DNA from: a virus
Lineage: Duplodnaviria > Caudoviricetes
IMG/VR virus record: IMGVR_UViG_2595698952_000001
Location: 96,001-160,000 of that record
Direction: 5' to 3' (one strand)
DNA length: 64,000 nt
The notes under the pieces were generated by a model. It saw nothing but the letters and a program-made list of their open reading frames with translations, made no database searches and was not told the origin of the DNA. The first letter of the stretch is position 1. Every line of letters begins with the position of its first letter. Below are positions 1 through 8,609 of this stretch, piece after piece. A program made the translations under genes and the position numbers.

Positions 1-2
1 AG

Positions 3-413
3 TTCCTGAATCATCAGCGCAACACTTTACATATCGACAAAGCCGTCGTTCCGGAATTGTCAATTGAAAAGCTGATGGCAGGTAACCGTGTAGCGGTGGC
101 AATGGAGTCAGGCAGCCCGGTGGGTTACTGTCTCTACCGTATCATCGGTGGGGTGTTAAAGATTCGTACGATGTTTGTCAGTGAAGCCTATCGTCGTCGT
201 GGCTTCATGACGCAAATCCTCGATGCCCTGGGCAGCAAAGAGACGTTCCACCGCATTCATGCGGGCGTGTTTGCCAAAGAAGAACCAGCGGTCACGTTCT
301 TCAAAGCACGCGACTTCAACTGCGTACCCAGTCGTGACGGGGATTGGTTAGAAGTAGATAAATTCATCATCTCTGATGAAATTAAAGCTGAAGGCACTTT
401 AGCCGTGGCTTGA
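3..413 (+). CDS. GNAT-family acetyltransferase (5'-truncated by window edge)
   Basis: Frame is open from position 3. PVGYCLY...IRTMFVSEAYRRRGF matches the acetyl-CoA binding motif A (R/QxxGxG-like); AVTFFKARDF resembles the terminal GNAT motif. Confidence 0.75.
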   Translation, partial: FLNHQRNTLHIDKAVVPELSIEKLMAGNRVAVAMESGSPVGYCLYRIIGGVLKIRTMFVSEAYRRRGFMTQILDALGSKETFHRIHAGVFAKEEPAVTFFKARDFNCVPSRDGDWLEVDKFIISDEIKAEGTLAVA

Positions 414-419
414 TAACAC

Positions 420-478
420 AGCTCTCCTTTCGTATAGATATCCCCCGATAATCGTGGGAATTTTACGTTAGGAGAGCT
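420..478 (+). promoter_or_regulatory. Long imperfect hairpin sequestering the RBS of the next ORF
   Basis: AGCTCTCCT (420-428) pairs with AGGAGAGCT (470-478), CGTA (431-434) with TACG (464-467), with further inner pairing. The AGGAG SD lies in the 3' arm. Confidence 0.6.
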
Positions 479-482
479 ATTT

Positions 483-812
483 ATGTTAAACCGTCCTCAT
501 GTACCTGGCATCGACTCTAACGTTTGTTGGTCGGAATATGCGCGGGTCGTTCCGTTCCTTCAAGAGGCTAAAATGAAAGAGCCTGTTCACGTTAACGTCG
601 GTACCATTGGTCACGTTGACCATTCCCGTTCTGCGGTCTCTGCTTGTGTCGGTGGGGCTTTGGGTACACTCCCAACGGCTAACCCGTTTGAGTTCCGCCC
701 ATTACACAGCCAACCGCTTGTGCTGATTCATGCCAGTGAAATGGATAACTTGCTCTCCATGCTGGAAAACGGAATGTCCCTGCACGTCGAGGTACATCAC
801 CCCGTAGAGTAA
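483..812 (+). CDS. Small protein with EF-Tu N-terminal motif (alternative start ATG 573)
   Basis: AGGAG before 483 and GAGG before 573; encodes [12 protein letters not shown] at 588-623. Confidence 0.7.
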   Translation: [109 protein letters not shown]

Positions 813-837
813 CAGAAATACCCTAAAGGATAATGTA

Positions 838-1356
838 ATGGATAAGTTAGTTATTAGTAACAAGTTGCGTACCACCGTGGGTGTAACTGGTGAGCGTCAT
901 TTGGAGGGGAACGAGTGTGGTGTCCGTTTCTCTTACAAGCGATTATGGGCAATGAAAGAGGCCGATATGTTACCCGATACACTGCCCGCCATTCAGACGG
1001 TGTATGATGAGGAAAGCGAAATCATGCGCAGCGTCGTGTGGTATCAACAACTGCTCAATCGTGACCGTGTAGGGGAAACCTGCATGAATATCGTGGGGCA
1101 CTTCTTAGACCTCACGCCATCGATTCAGATTGCCCTTATCAAGCCCCGCTACTGGCGGCCTGCGTTGATTCGTGAAGCGTATTTGTTAGAACGCTGCGGT
1201 GTTGACCCAGAGAAAGTGTGGCGCAAAATGGACGACCACACCTACCGCGAAGAAATTACACATTCACTCAATCTTTTGTTAGCCCTCCGTCGTCAAGGTA
1301 TCCATCACGAGGGTTTCGAATCCGCGTTGAATACCTGGCTGAGGAAACACAAATGA
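838..1356 (+). CDS. Hypothetical protein
   Basis: 172-aa ORF, AAGGA RBS, ATGA overlap with next gene. Confidence 0.75.
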   Translation: MDKLVISNKLRTTVGVTGERHLEGNECGVRFSYKRLWAMKEADMLPDTLPAIQTVYDEESEIMRSVVWYQQLLNRDRVGETCMNIVGHFLDLTPSIQIALIKPRYWRPALIREAYLLERCGVDPEKVWRKMDDHTYREEITHSLNLLLALRRQGIHHEGFESALNTWLRKHK

Positions 1357-1544
1357 GTGTTGAAAATGAAGTGGTTGAATTAATCGAAGACGGTCGTTTG
1401 GTGGGGTTTTACTTCCCACCGACCGAAGAAGAGAAGCGTGTCCATCAAGCGTGGCAGGTTCAGAACATGAAACCTAACCCGGCCATGGACTGCATTGGCG
1501 TGACACTGCCAGGGAACAGTCCCTGGGGTTGGGGGAAGTGGTAA
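1353..1544 (+). CDS. Small hypothetical protein (MSVENEVV...)
   Basis: GAGG RBS; coupled on both sides (ATGA and TAATG overlaps). Confidence 0.65.
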   Translation: MSVENEVVELIEDGRLVGFYFPPTEEEKRVHQAWQVQNMKPNPAMDCIGVTLPGNSPWGWGKW

Positions 1545-1984
1545 TGAGTGAGAAGCCTTATACGGGTACGGTCGTGCGTATCGGTGAAACGATTTCAGTT
1601 GTTGATGCCTATGGTAATCCTGTGGCGGAATTGGTTGTCCCTACGTTGGACGAATTCCGTAATTCGGAACCCATCGGGGGTCGGGTGGTCATCTTCTTTA
1701 AAGGATTAATCCGCAAAGCCGGTTTACGTCCAGATGGTGTGCCTGGTGAAGTGTTGGCCGAGTTTCGGCAGCGTTATAAGGAGTTGGGGTTGACGTTGGG
1801 TGAAGTTACCCAATACCGTCCTAATCCTCACGACTTGGCCATGATTGGCTGGAAAGTGGGCGAGTACCGTGCAACGTTGCCTCGCGTTGCCGATGGTCTT
1901 CGCCGTGACATCTATTTTGCGAAACCTACCGGTGCACCCTACACCACGCTGTTCACCCACCGTGATGTGGAGTACGAAAAATGA
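1544..1984 (+). CDS. Hypothetical protein
   Basis: TAATG coupling at 1542-1546; 146-aa ORF. Confidence 0.7.
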   Translation: MSEKPYTGTVVRIGETISVVDAYGNPVAELVVPTLDEFRNSEPIGGRVVIFFKGLIRKAGLRPDGVPGEVLAEFRQRYKELGLTLGEVTQYRPNPHDLAMIGWKVGEYRATLPRVADGLRRDIYFAKPTGAPYTTLFTHRDVEYEK

Positions 1985-2283
1985 CAGTGAGTTACCTGCG
2001 CTTAAAAGGCGGGTACGTTGAAGCACCACGTACCTGGAATCGACGGACCACGCTGTCGAATCTGGTCCACATGGCCTGCGGGTATCCTAAACGGACACCG
2101 ACTGAACCGGAGTTTATTCCGAATGTGCCGGAAGAGGTTTCAGCCTTACGTCAGGTCGTATTAGACCGTATCTGTGAAACGGTTGAGCACATCGCCCAAT
2201 CCGCATGGGCCCGCATCGCTCAGGAGAGCATTGATGTCACTCGAACTGATAGACGAGGCCGTTATCTCCGCAGACCTGTTTAA
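1981..2283 (+). CDS. Hypothetical protein
   Basis: ATGA coupling to the upstream gene; its 3' end overlaps the macrodomain gene by 50 nt. Confidence 0.55.
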   Translation: MTVSYLRLKGGYVEAPRTWNRRTTLSNLVHMACGYPKRTPTEPEFIPNVPEEVSALRQVVLDRICETVEHIAQSAWARIAQESIDVTRTDRRGRYLRRPV

Positions 2284-2734
2284 CGCGCCTGAGCGCTTCA
2301 AGGTCGTCACGGTAAACTGTGTGGGTGCAATGGGTGCGGGGATAGCGTTGGCCTGTAAGGAACGCTTCCCTGACCTTTACCAGCACTACCGTAAGCGGTG
2401 CTATGCAGGTGAAGTTGTGGTCGGTAAGGTGTACCTTTATTCCGATGAAGGAATCATACTCCTGCCGACCAAGACCCACTTTAAGTACAAATCCCAGGTT
2501 TCTTATGTTACTACCGGCGTTACGGCGTTGGCAGAACAAGGCGATGACTTAGAAGGTGGCATTGCAGTCCCTCCTTTGGGGATGGCGCACGGCTGGCTAA
2601 GCTTTAATGAACGGTGGGGTATTTACCAACACCTTCACAAAAGACTACACACAACGGAGCAACACTATCGATTATACCTACCAGCAAAACTATTAGCGGA
2701 AGCCGCAAGAGCTATCCCAAACGCTTTGAAATAG
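2234..2734 (+). CDS. Macrodomain ADP-ribosylglycohydrolase (DarG/TARG1-like)
   Basis: ADLF...VTVNCVGAMGAGIALACKERFP...LPTKTHF...IAVPPLGMAHG are diagnostic macrodomain motifs; AGGAG RBS before ATG 2234. Confidence 0.85.
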   Translation: MSLELIDEAVISADLFNAPERFKVVTVNCVGAMGAGIALACKERFPDLYQHYRKRCYAGEVVVGKVYLYSDEGIILLPTKTHFKYKSQVSYVTTGVTALAEQGDDLEGGIAVPPLGMAHGWLSFNERWGIYQHLHKRLHTTEQHYRLYLPAKLLAEAARAIPNALK

Positions 2735-2742
2735 ATATTATT
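2725..2742 (+). promoter_or_regulatory. Candidate early (virion RNAP) promoter motif
   Basis: TTTGAAATAGATATTATT, with near copies at 11605 and 20301; resembles the phiKZ early core TATATTAC. Confidence 0.55.
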
Positions 2743-2835
2743 AATTGGGCACTAAACAAAGGAGACTGAGCTGTCCGCGCCGTGATTCTAATTCGAGAAT
2801 ACGGAAAAGTAATATAATTCCAACGGAGAACCGTC

Positions 2836-3552
2836 ATGTTTCGTCTTATTCTAACTTTGCTGGTAGTAGCTGTGTCGTTCAACACCCACGCATCTTATCA
2901 GTCTTCGAGTACCAAGCAGCAAAAGGAATTCAAACTCATCGAGCAGCGCTTTGAGAAAGTCAGGCCGCTCATCGTTAAGGTAGCCAAAGAGCAGGGTGTC
3001 CACGCAGGCACACTGACCACGACCATCTACCGTGAATCCAAGTTCGACGTCAATGTCGGCAAAAACAAAAAGAGTAGCGCCCACAGCCTCGTGCAGATGA
3101 CCATGCCGACGAAGCGTTACGTGCTTAAACTTTACGGGAACCAACTGGGTATTCCGAAGAATGCGGATTTGAATAATCCGAAGTATGCGGTGATGTTAGC
3201 TGCTGCTTACTTTAACCACATCGAGGATCATCTGACCAAACAACTCAAACGCAAGCCGACTAATGCCGAAGTTGCCCTCGGCTATCGTTTCGGTGAAGGT
3301 GCCGCAGTCGCGATGATTAAAAAGAAATCATCTTCGGGTAAACGCTGGATGGCCAGCTTCCGTAAAGACGCCGCCTTCTATGGAGCCAAAGTGACTCCAC
3401 CGAAAGTTATCGAAACACATCAGCTTGCTTTTGCGGAGAAGAAACCTGCTGTCGATGTAACAGAGTTACAGAGTATCTGGAACAACTTATACAAACCCGC
3501 CGTTAACACACTCGTGGCGTTTAACGGCAACCTTAAAGGAGCATCGCTTTGA
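2836..3552 (+). CDS. SLT-family lytic transglycosylase with N-terminal signal peptide (endolysin candidate)
   Basis: MFRLILTLLVVAVSFNTHA signal peptide; IYRESKF catalytic ES motif, SLVQMT (GLMQ-like), LNNPKYAVMLAAAYF, GYRFGEG. Confidence 0.8.
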   Translation: MFRLILTLLVVAVSFNTHASYQSSSTKQQKEFKLIEQRFEKVRPLIVKVAKEQGVHAGTLTTTIYRESKFDVNVGKNKKSSAHSLVQMTMPTKRYVLKLYGNQLGIPKNADLNNPKYAVMLAAAYFNHIEDHLTKQLKRKPTNAEVALGYRFGEGAAVAMIKKKSSSGKRWMASFRKDAAFYGAKVTPPKVIETHQLAFAEKKPAVDVTELQSIWNNLYKPAVNTLVAFNGNLKGASL

Positions 3553-4127
3553 CAATTGTTACGCGCCCGTGGTACGACGGTTTCAAACGTGCTGCACAAC
3601 TTACCGCCGAAGACGCCTTCACGTTGCTGAAAGCCGGTGCGGAGAGCGTGCAGACCAATCCTGATTACGTTGAGCCGCCAGAAGGTGAAGAACCTGCGGT
3701 GCAGCCAACGTACGTGGATTACAATGAGTGGTTCGCGACCAACCATGAATTCTACGACGCCCTGAACTCGGCGTTCGGTGATGATGAAGACGAAGGTCTG
3801 GAGTTCGACTGGAACATCAACCTGGCGTTGCTGTGGATTCTGGGCTTACGTCCACACATCGACGACACCGAAGCGGGCCACGTACTGACCTGGCGTCCGG
3901 TAGCCGGTTACAACCGTGAGCAGACGTTTAAAGAAGCGTATATGGCTGTCACGGTTGAACTGCAAACGATGTGGTTCGGCGACAGCGAATACTGCCAACG
4001 CTCTTTCCTGACCATTCTGGAAAAGCTTGGTCGTTGTCACAAACTGTGGCGCTCGGAAACTGCACCGGAGCACCTGTTTGTTCTGGAATACGCCGTGATT
4101 CCAAACGAGCCGTTCTTCGATAAGTAA
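3549..4127 (+). CDS. Hypothetical acidic protein
   Basis: 192-aa ORF, TTG start overlapping the upstream stop, AAGGAG RBS. Confidence 0.75.
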   Translation: MTIVTRPWYDGFKRAAQLTAEDAFTLLKAGAESVQTNPDYVEPPEGEEPAVQPTYVDYNEWFATNHEFYDALNSAFGDDEDEGLEFDWNINLALLWILGLRPHIDDTEAGHVLTWRPVAGYNREQTFKEAYMAVTVELQTMWFGDSEYCQRSFLTILEKLGRCHKLWRSETAPEHLFVLEYAVIPNEPFFDK

Positions 4128-4133
4128 TACCCA

Positions 4134-4166
4134 CCCCTACCCATGTGGTAGGGGCTCTCTTATTTT
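4134..4166 (+). terminator. Rho-independent terminator
   Basis: CCCCTACC-catgt-GGTAGGGG followed by a T-rich tract. Confidence 0.6.
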
Positions 4167-4241
4167 AATCGCATCAACAGCTTAATATTTACAAACCAAC
4201 CACTTAATCTGAATAAACCAATCCCACTTAAGGATAATGTG

Positions 4242-5468
4242 ATGAAATTCCCAATTACCGTACTGAACGATTTAGCCAAGAAACTGCGTAGCCGTGAAGT
4301 GTCCGCACGCAACCCGGAACTGACTGCCTACACCAACGCACTGATTCATCAGAATCATGCAGGTGACAACCCGCTGGTATCCTCTGACTTCACCCAGGAG
4401 CAGTTCGCGTTACTGGCGGGCGAAGGTGATTTCGAATATTATTTCCCACTGCCGTATGCGCGTACGCATGTCTGCGAGCCTTCAAATTCACTCCAGTTCA
4501 ACGATCTGCCGCCGATTGTGTTGGGGTCGTTCGCCGATTTCTTCGGCCTGGGTGGTTATACCGGCCCACGCTGGTCTATCGTAGCGCAGGGCGACGACGG
4601 TAAATATTACCTGCTGGCGTCAGAAGACGAACACGCCTTTGAGCCAGGTGTACTGATCCGTGAAGCAGCAACACCTAACGCAGCTGTGCGTGTGGGACAT
4701 GCACACATTTACGGTGCCCACGTTGTTTACGAAGTGAAAAACTGGAACGCCGCGGCGCTCATCCTGGGTGACAACCAGAACCCTGGTGTGGAAATCACCC
4801 GCCATCGCGCGCCTTTGGCCATGATGGGGATGAATCTGTCTGATGCCGGTGGTGACGACACCGCCGATGCGGCGGGCACTGACGACACGCGTGAATACGC
4901 ACCGCGTGAAGAGTGTGAGCGTATCGCGAACATCGACTTCACTAAACTCTTCTCGGTGGGTCAGTCAGGTAACGCTAAACTGCTGCCGTTTACCATCAGT
5001 GGCGAAACCTCTTGGCAGGACTTTGTTCAGTATTGCGAACAGAACCTGCTGAACCACTGGGACTTCACGCTGAAACTTCCGTTCCCGGAAGACGACGGTG
5101 ATGCTCCCGATTTCGGTGTAAACGCTAACGGTAGTTTCACTAGCGCCGAGTCAAAACGTGACCAGCCACTGATTCTGGAAACGTTGCACGACATCGAACG
5201 CACCTTCGTGGCTGACGAAGTGTTCGAAGCACTGAACCTGAAAATCGATGCAGCAACCCCACCGATCTCTGTGGCGGGTATTATTGGTCGTCTGATGACT
5301 ATTGAAGACGAAACGGTCGAAGTTCACCTGAACGAAGACGAGATGCAGGCTCAGGCGAAGGTCATGAAAGTGCTGAACGTTGAAGCGATTGTGAAAGAAG
5401 TGCTCGCACTGCCGAAGTCTAAGCGTACGCCTAAGAACATCAAGGCCATCGCTGTAAACTACGCGTAA
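4242..5468 (+). CDS. Hypothetical protein
   Basis: 408-aa ORF with AAGGA RBS and phage-typical codon usage. Confidence 0.85.
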   Translation: MKFPITVLNDLAKKLRSREVSARNPELTAYTNALIHQNHAGDNPLVSSDFTQEQFALLAGEGDFEYYFPLPYARTHVCEPSNSLQFNDLPPIVLGSFADFFGLGGYTGPRWSIVAQGDDGKYYLLASEDEHAFEPGVLIREAATPNAAVRVGHAHIYGAHVVYEVKNWNAAALILGDNQNPGVEITRHRAPLAMMGMNLSDAGGDDTADAAGTDDTREYAPREECERIANIDFTKLFSVGQSGNAKLLPFTISGETSWQDFVQYCEQNLLNHWDFTLKLPFPEDDGDAPDFGVNANGSFTSAESKRDQPLILETLHDIERTFVADEVFEALNLKIDAATPPISVAGIIGRLMTIEDETVEVHLNEDEMQAQAKVMKVLNVEAIVKEVLALPKSKRTPKNIKAIAVNYA

Positions 5469-5484
5469 GCAAATAAAATAAAGG

Positions 5485-5523
5485 CTACCTACTCCTTCGG
5501 GAGTAGGTAGTTCTTTTTTTCTT
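5485..5523. terminator. Bidirectional terminator between convergent genes
   Basis: CTACCTACTCC-TTCG-GGAGTAGGTAG with an A-tract before and T-tract after. Confidence 0.85.
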
Positions 5524-6147
5524 TTAATTCGCTAACCCGTTGGCTTGCAGAATTTCCAACATCGCCGCATTGAGTGCTTTGAGTTTGGCGTTCTCCTGCT
5601 GTGCGGAAACCAACTGCTCAGAAACCGGTGTGGTATTACGAATCTTCGCTTTCCGCACCGCCTCCATTTGCAAGTGATTCTCCTCGGTCACTGTCCCTTC
5701 ATAATCCATTGACGTGATATCAATAATTGGGTCAATGCCTAAGCCTGCGGTGATGATGTTCTTCACATCTTCCGAGATGGTCGTTGGGTCGACATAACTC
5801 GGAATGAACGCCAGGTCAATCACCATGACATTACGCTTGTACTCTAAGCCATTAATCCCTGGATACGACTCGATATACGTATCCGGAATATAGACGACTT
5901 GACCGTCACGCGATTTCAGGGTAAGGATAGACCCGCCAACATTTGCATCCGCCAGGTATGCTTCACGTCCTAAACCAACAGGCAAGTAATACTTGTTGTA
6001 GACGTCTTCTTTCCGGTCAACCAGTTCAGGGAAGGTGCGCACCGCTTCGACAGTATAGATAACGTCTTCAGCAATCGCGAACGGTTCCTTAACTTTGAAC
6101 AGACCGGTAGTGTTAACGGTAACGACAACCGGTAATAACGTGGCCAT
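5524..6147 (-). CDS. Putative virion structural protein
   Basis: 207-aa ORF, AAGGAG RBS; paired with the upstream conserved structural gene as in phiKZ-like phages (synteny inference). Confidence 0.6.
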   Translation of the reverse strand: MATLLPVVVTVNTTGLFKVKEPFAIAEDVIYTVEAVRTFPELVDRKEDVYNKYYLPVGLGREAYLADANVGGSILTLKSRDGQVVYIPDTYIESYPGINGLEYKRNVMVIDLAFIPSYVDPTTISEDVKNIITAGLGIDPIIDITSMDYEGTVTEENHLQMEAVRKAKIRNTTPVSEQLVSAQQENAKLKALNAAMLEILQANGLAN

Positions 6148-6156
6148 TTAATCTCC

Positions 6157-7524
6157 TTACGGTGTTGTGTCTTCCCACACCGCTTTACGGGCAAGCACAC
6201 GGTACTCAACGTTGTCGTACTCGAACACGTAGAAGTAAATCTCCGGGTTCGCGTCATCGACCAGTTTCACGATGTCCAAATCCGTCTGATACGGATGGTA
6301 CTCTTCGGCCGCGATTAACGCTTTGAAGAACAACTCGTACCATTCGGTGGTTGCTTTTGACATCCGGGCAATGTCCGGGTTAGTCGTGGCAATCAACGCG
6401 TAGTCAGGAATGGTTTCGTGCAACGTGGCTTTGCGCGTGTCGTTTTCAGGGCCAGAAATAACCACACCATTTAACGACTTATAGATGCTCGGCAAGTCCG
6501 TCACGTCAGTGGTGGGCTTCGGAATCACACCACTATTTTTGTCGGAAACCGTCAGTGCCTCCCACTCCCCAAACTTGCTGATTGCTTTGACCCAGAAATC
6601 ATATGGGAGGATGGGGGAGTATTGCGCTGCGATATCTTCCTCGTTCGGGATACCGCGGATTTTCCAGCCCGGCACGATAGTGAATTTCGTGGTGGTGAAA
6701 ATCTCGGGAAACACTTTAACGCCGAGTGGCACTGTAAAACTGGAGTTCGCTAAAATGTAATCACGTAACGCTTGTTTAATGCGGCTAGGGTTCTTCCCAG
6801 CGCGACCATAGATGATGACCGACATCGGAATAATCAGTGTCGCTTCATAATCTTCCTGGTCATGCCACGTATAATAATTCGTCTGAATATTGGTATACGG
6901 GAAGCCGTCCATAAGCTCATTAATCTTCTTATGGTGATCGGAAAGGTTAAAACTTTCCATCGCTTTTTCGACTACTGACTTCACAGCTAAAAACGTATCG
7001 ACCGGTAAAATCGGCATTTGGACTTCAATCTCAAAGCCGGTATAGTTCTGATCGAAATCTTCATCAGCAAACCAAACAATGATTTGGTTACTAACGTCGG
7101 TTGGGTCTTGCAGTTTACCTGCCGTCGTTTCCAGTTTCCAACTGACCCAGCGTGGGAACCAGTTGCTATTCGTCTGGACCATCGCCCCAGACTGAACACC
7201 GCTGATGGTGTTTTGGAACTGTCCAACCAGCAGTCGCTGGAATTCGATTTCATCGTTCTTCAAATTACCCAGGATGGCTTGATTGTAAATCCACTGAGTA
7301 ACGGTAAGAATATGGTCGGAAAACTCGGACGGCACCACAACCGTCGCTTCATCTCGCTTAGATGTAAACGTGACCAACTCCACCTGCAAATTGGATTTCG
7401 CAAACGTTTGTTTACTCTTAGCGTAGGATTTTGTCAGTTCGGACAGCTCACCCACCGGAGCGGTGACGCCGTCCACGTTGTCAAACAGAGCCGGTATCTG
7501 AATAAAGCCTTGTAAATCTAACAT
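6157..7524 (-). CDS. Putative virion structural protein (phiKZ gp157-like position)
   Basis: 455-aa ORF from ATG 7524 with GGAG RBS; N-terminal GF..I..L.DN..GV.AP.GELS pattern recalled from phiKZ-like structural proteins; next to the RNase H locus. Confidence 0.6.
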   Translation of the reverse strand: MLDLQGFIQIPALFDNVDGVTAPVGELSELTKSYAKSKQTFAKSNLQVELVTFTSKRDEATVVVPSEFSDHILTVTQWIYNQAILGNLKNDEIEFQRLLVGQFQNTISGVQSGAMVQTNSNWFPRWVSWKLETTAGKLQDPTDVSNQIIVWFADEDFDQNYTGFEIEVQMPILPVDTFLAVKSVVEKAMESFNLSDHHKKINELMDGFPYTNIQTNYYTWHDQEDYEATLIIPMSVIIYGRAGKNPSRIKQALRDYILANSSFTVPLGVKVFPEIFTTTKFTIVPGWKIRGIPNEEDIAAQYSPILPYDFWVKAISKFGEWEALTVSDKNSGVIPKPTTDVTDLPSIYKSLNGVVISGPENDTRKATLHETIPDYALIATTNPDIARMSKATTEWYELFFKALIAAEEYHPYQTDLDIVKLVDDANPEIYFYVFEYDNVEYRVLARKAVWEDTTP

Positions 7525-7542
7525 AATTAAAAACACTCCGAG

Positions 7543-8046
7543 GTGAGCATGATAGCATCGTTTATCAAACTGCTTCCATTCTTGCAGATGCTATTGGAAG
7601 CTTTTAAACCGGGAGAAGGAGAGCAGGTCACCCGAGCTGGCAAAATTCTGACACTTGTTATCGTGGCACTTATTGCTTTTTCAGGCTTTGTCTCCTATGC
7701 CTATGTGGTTCAGTACCATGCACTAATCAGTGTGCAATCACATGATCAATACCTGGATTTGTCGTATAAAGAGTTAAAAGAGAAAGCGGACAAGCTCGGT
7801 GAGGAAAATGCCAAGCTGTACGACAGACTCTTTACCTGTCTTGGGCAAAGGCCGCCATATGAAGGCGACCATGCCAAGGATGAACCTGAGAAAAAACCAG
7901 AAGTGCCCGTAGCACCGACGGTTCCGGAAACGCCGGTCCACGCGGCTACACCTCCGGTTAAGAAGCAACAGGCGGCACAGCGTCCCGTGGGAGTACAAGA
8001 CGCGAACGAGTTCCGCCAAGAGATTCTTAGAACCCTCAATCAGTAG
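7543..8046 (+). CDS. Inner-membrane spanin candidate
   Basis: TM helix ILTLVIVALIAFSGFVSYAYVV followed by a coiled-coil (YKELKEKADKLGEENAKL) and Pro-rich linker; directly upstream of a lipoprotein. Confidence 0.55.
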   Translation: MSMIASFIKLLPFLQMLLEAFKPGEGEQVTRAGKILTLVIVALIAFSGFVSYAYVVQYHALISVQSHDQYLDLSYKELKEKADKLGEENAKLYDRLFTCLGQRPPYEGDHAKDEPEKKPEVPVAPTVPETPVHAATPPVKKQQAAQRPVGVQDANEFRQEILRTLNQ

Positions 8047-8055
8047 GAGTCAACG

Positions 8056-8526
8056 ATGAAAGTTTTGCTGTTGGTTGGTGTGATGTTGCTTGTTGGGTGT
8101 AACATCGCACAACGTAACAGCGCTACGGTGCAAACCTCAACCGGCTGGCCTTTCCGGCAGCTGGATGAGCCACCTAAAGCACCGACGAATGTGTCTGGGG
8201 CAGCGGGGGATTTGGCCAAGAAACTTTATGTGGCCGATGTAAACGCGTACGCTTATTACGTTTACTTATATGCTAAGTCCTTGAACAACTACGCGGAGAC
8301 TCAAGGATGGCATCCGCCGATGGTTGCGCCTTTGTGCGAAGAGTTTATTTATCCCGAGGTACACGATATTCCGATGTCCATTGTTTTGGACGAACGTGCA
8401 CGTACGCCTCAAGCCATCAGCCGTGATTTGTCACGTCAGCTGAAGGTGTTGCTGATTAATTACCGTAACGATCGTAAAGCGGTTAAAGAAGCAGCATTGG
8501 CCCATAAAGCCACCTGTCTGAACTGA
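8056..8526 (+). CDS. Lipoprotein, outer-membrane spanin candidate
   Basis: MKVLLLVGVMLLVGC signal II with LVGC lipobox; Pro-rich mature part; AGGAG RBS. Confidence 0.65.
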   Translation: MKVLLLVGVMLLVGCNIAQRNSATVQTSTGWPFRQLDEPPKAPTNVSGAAGDLAKKLYVADVNAYAYYVYLYAKSLNNYAETQGWHPPMVAPLCEEFIYPEVHDIPMSIVLDERARTPQAISRDLSRQLKVLLINYRNDRKAVKEAALAHKATCLN

Positions 8527-8530
8527 GTCA

Positions 8531-8570
8531 GTCCTCCTATGCCTTCGGGTGTAGGAGGACGCTCTTTTTT
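8531..8570 (+). terminator. Rho-independent terminator
   Basis: GTCCTCCTATGCC-TTCG-GGTGTAGGAGGAC followed by a T-run. Confidence 0.8.
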
Positions 8571-8609
8571 AACGTTTTTAGCCATCCTAATGTAACCCCT
8601 TATAAGGAA

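Noticed and set aside
483-812. A true EF-Tu gene or GTPase
   Set aside because: The match stops after 12 residues; no GKT, DCPG or NKxD motifs and far too short.
2745-2954. 69-aa ORF overlapping the transglycosylase start
   Set aside because: TTG start immediately after a promoter-like motif with no RBS; out-of-frame overlap with a well-supported gene.
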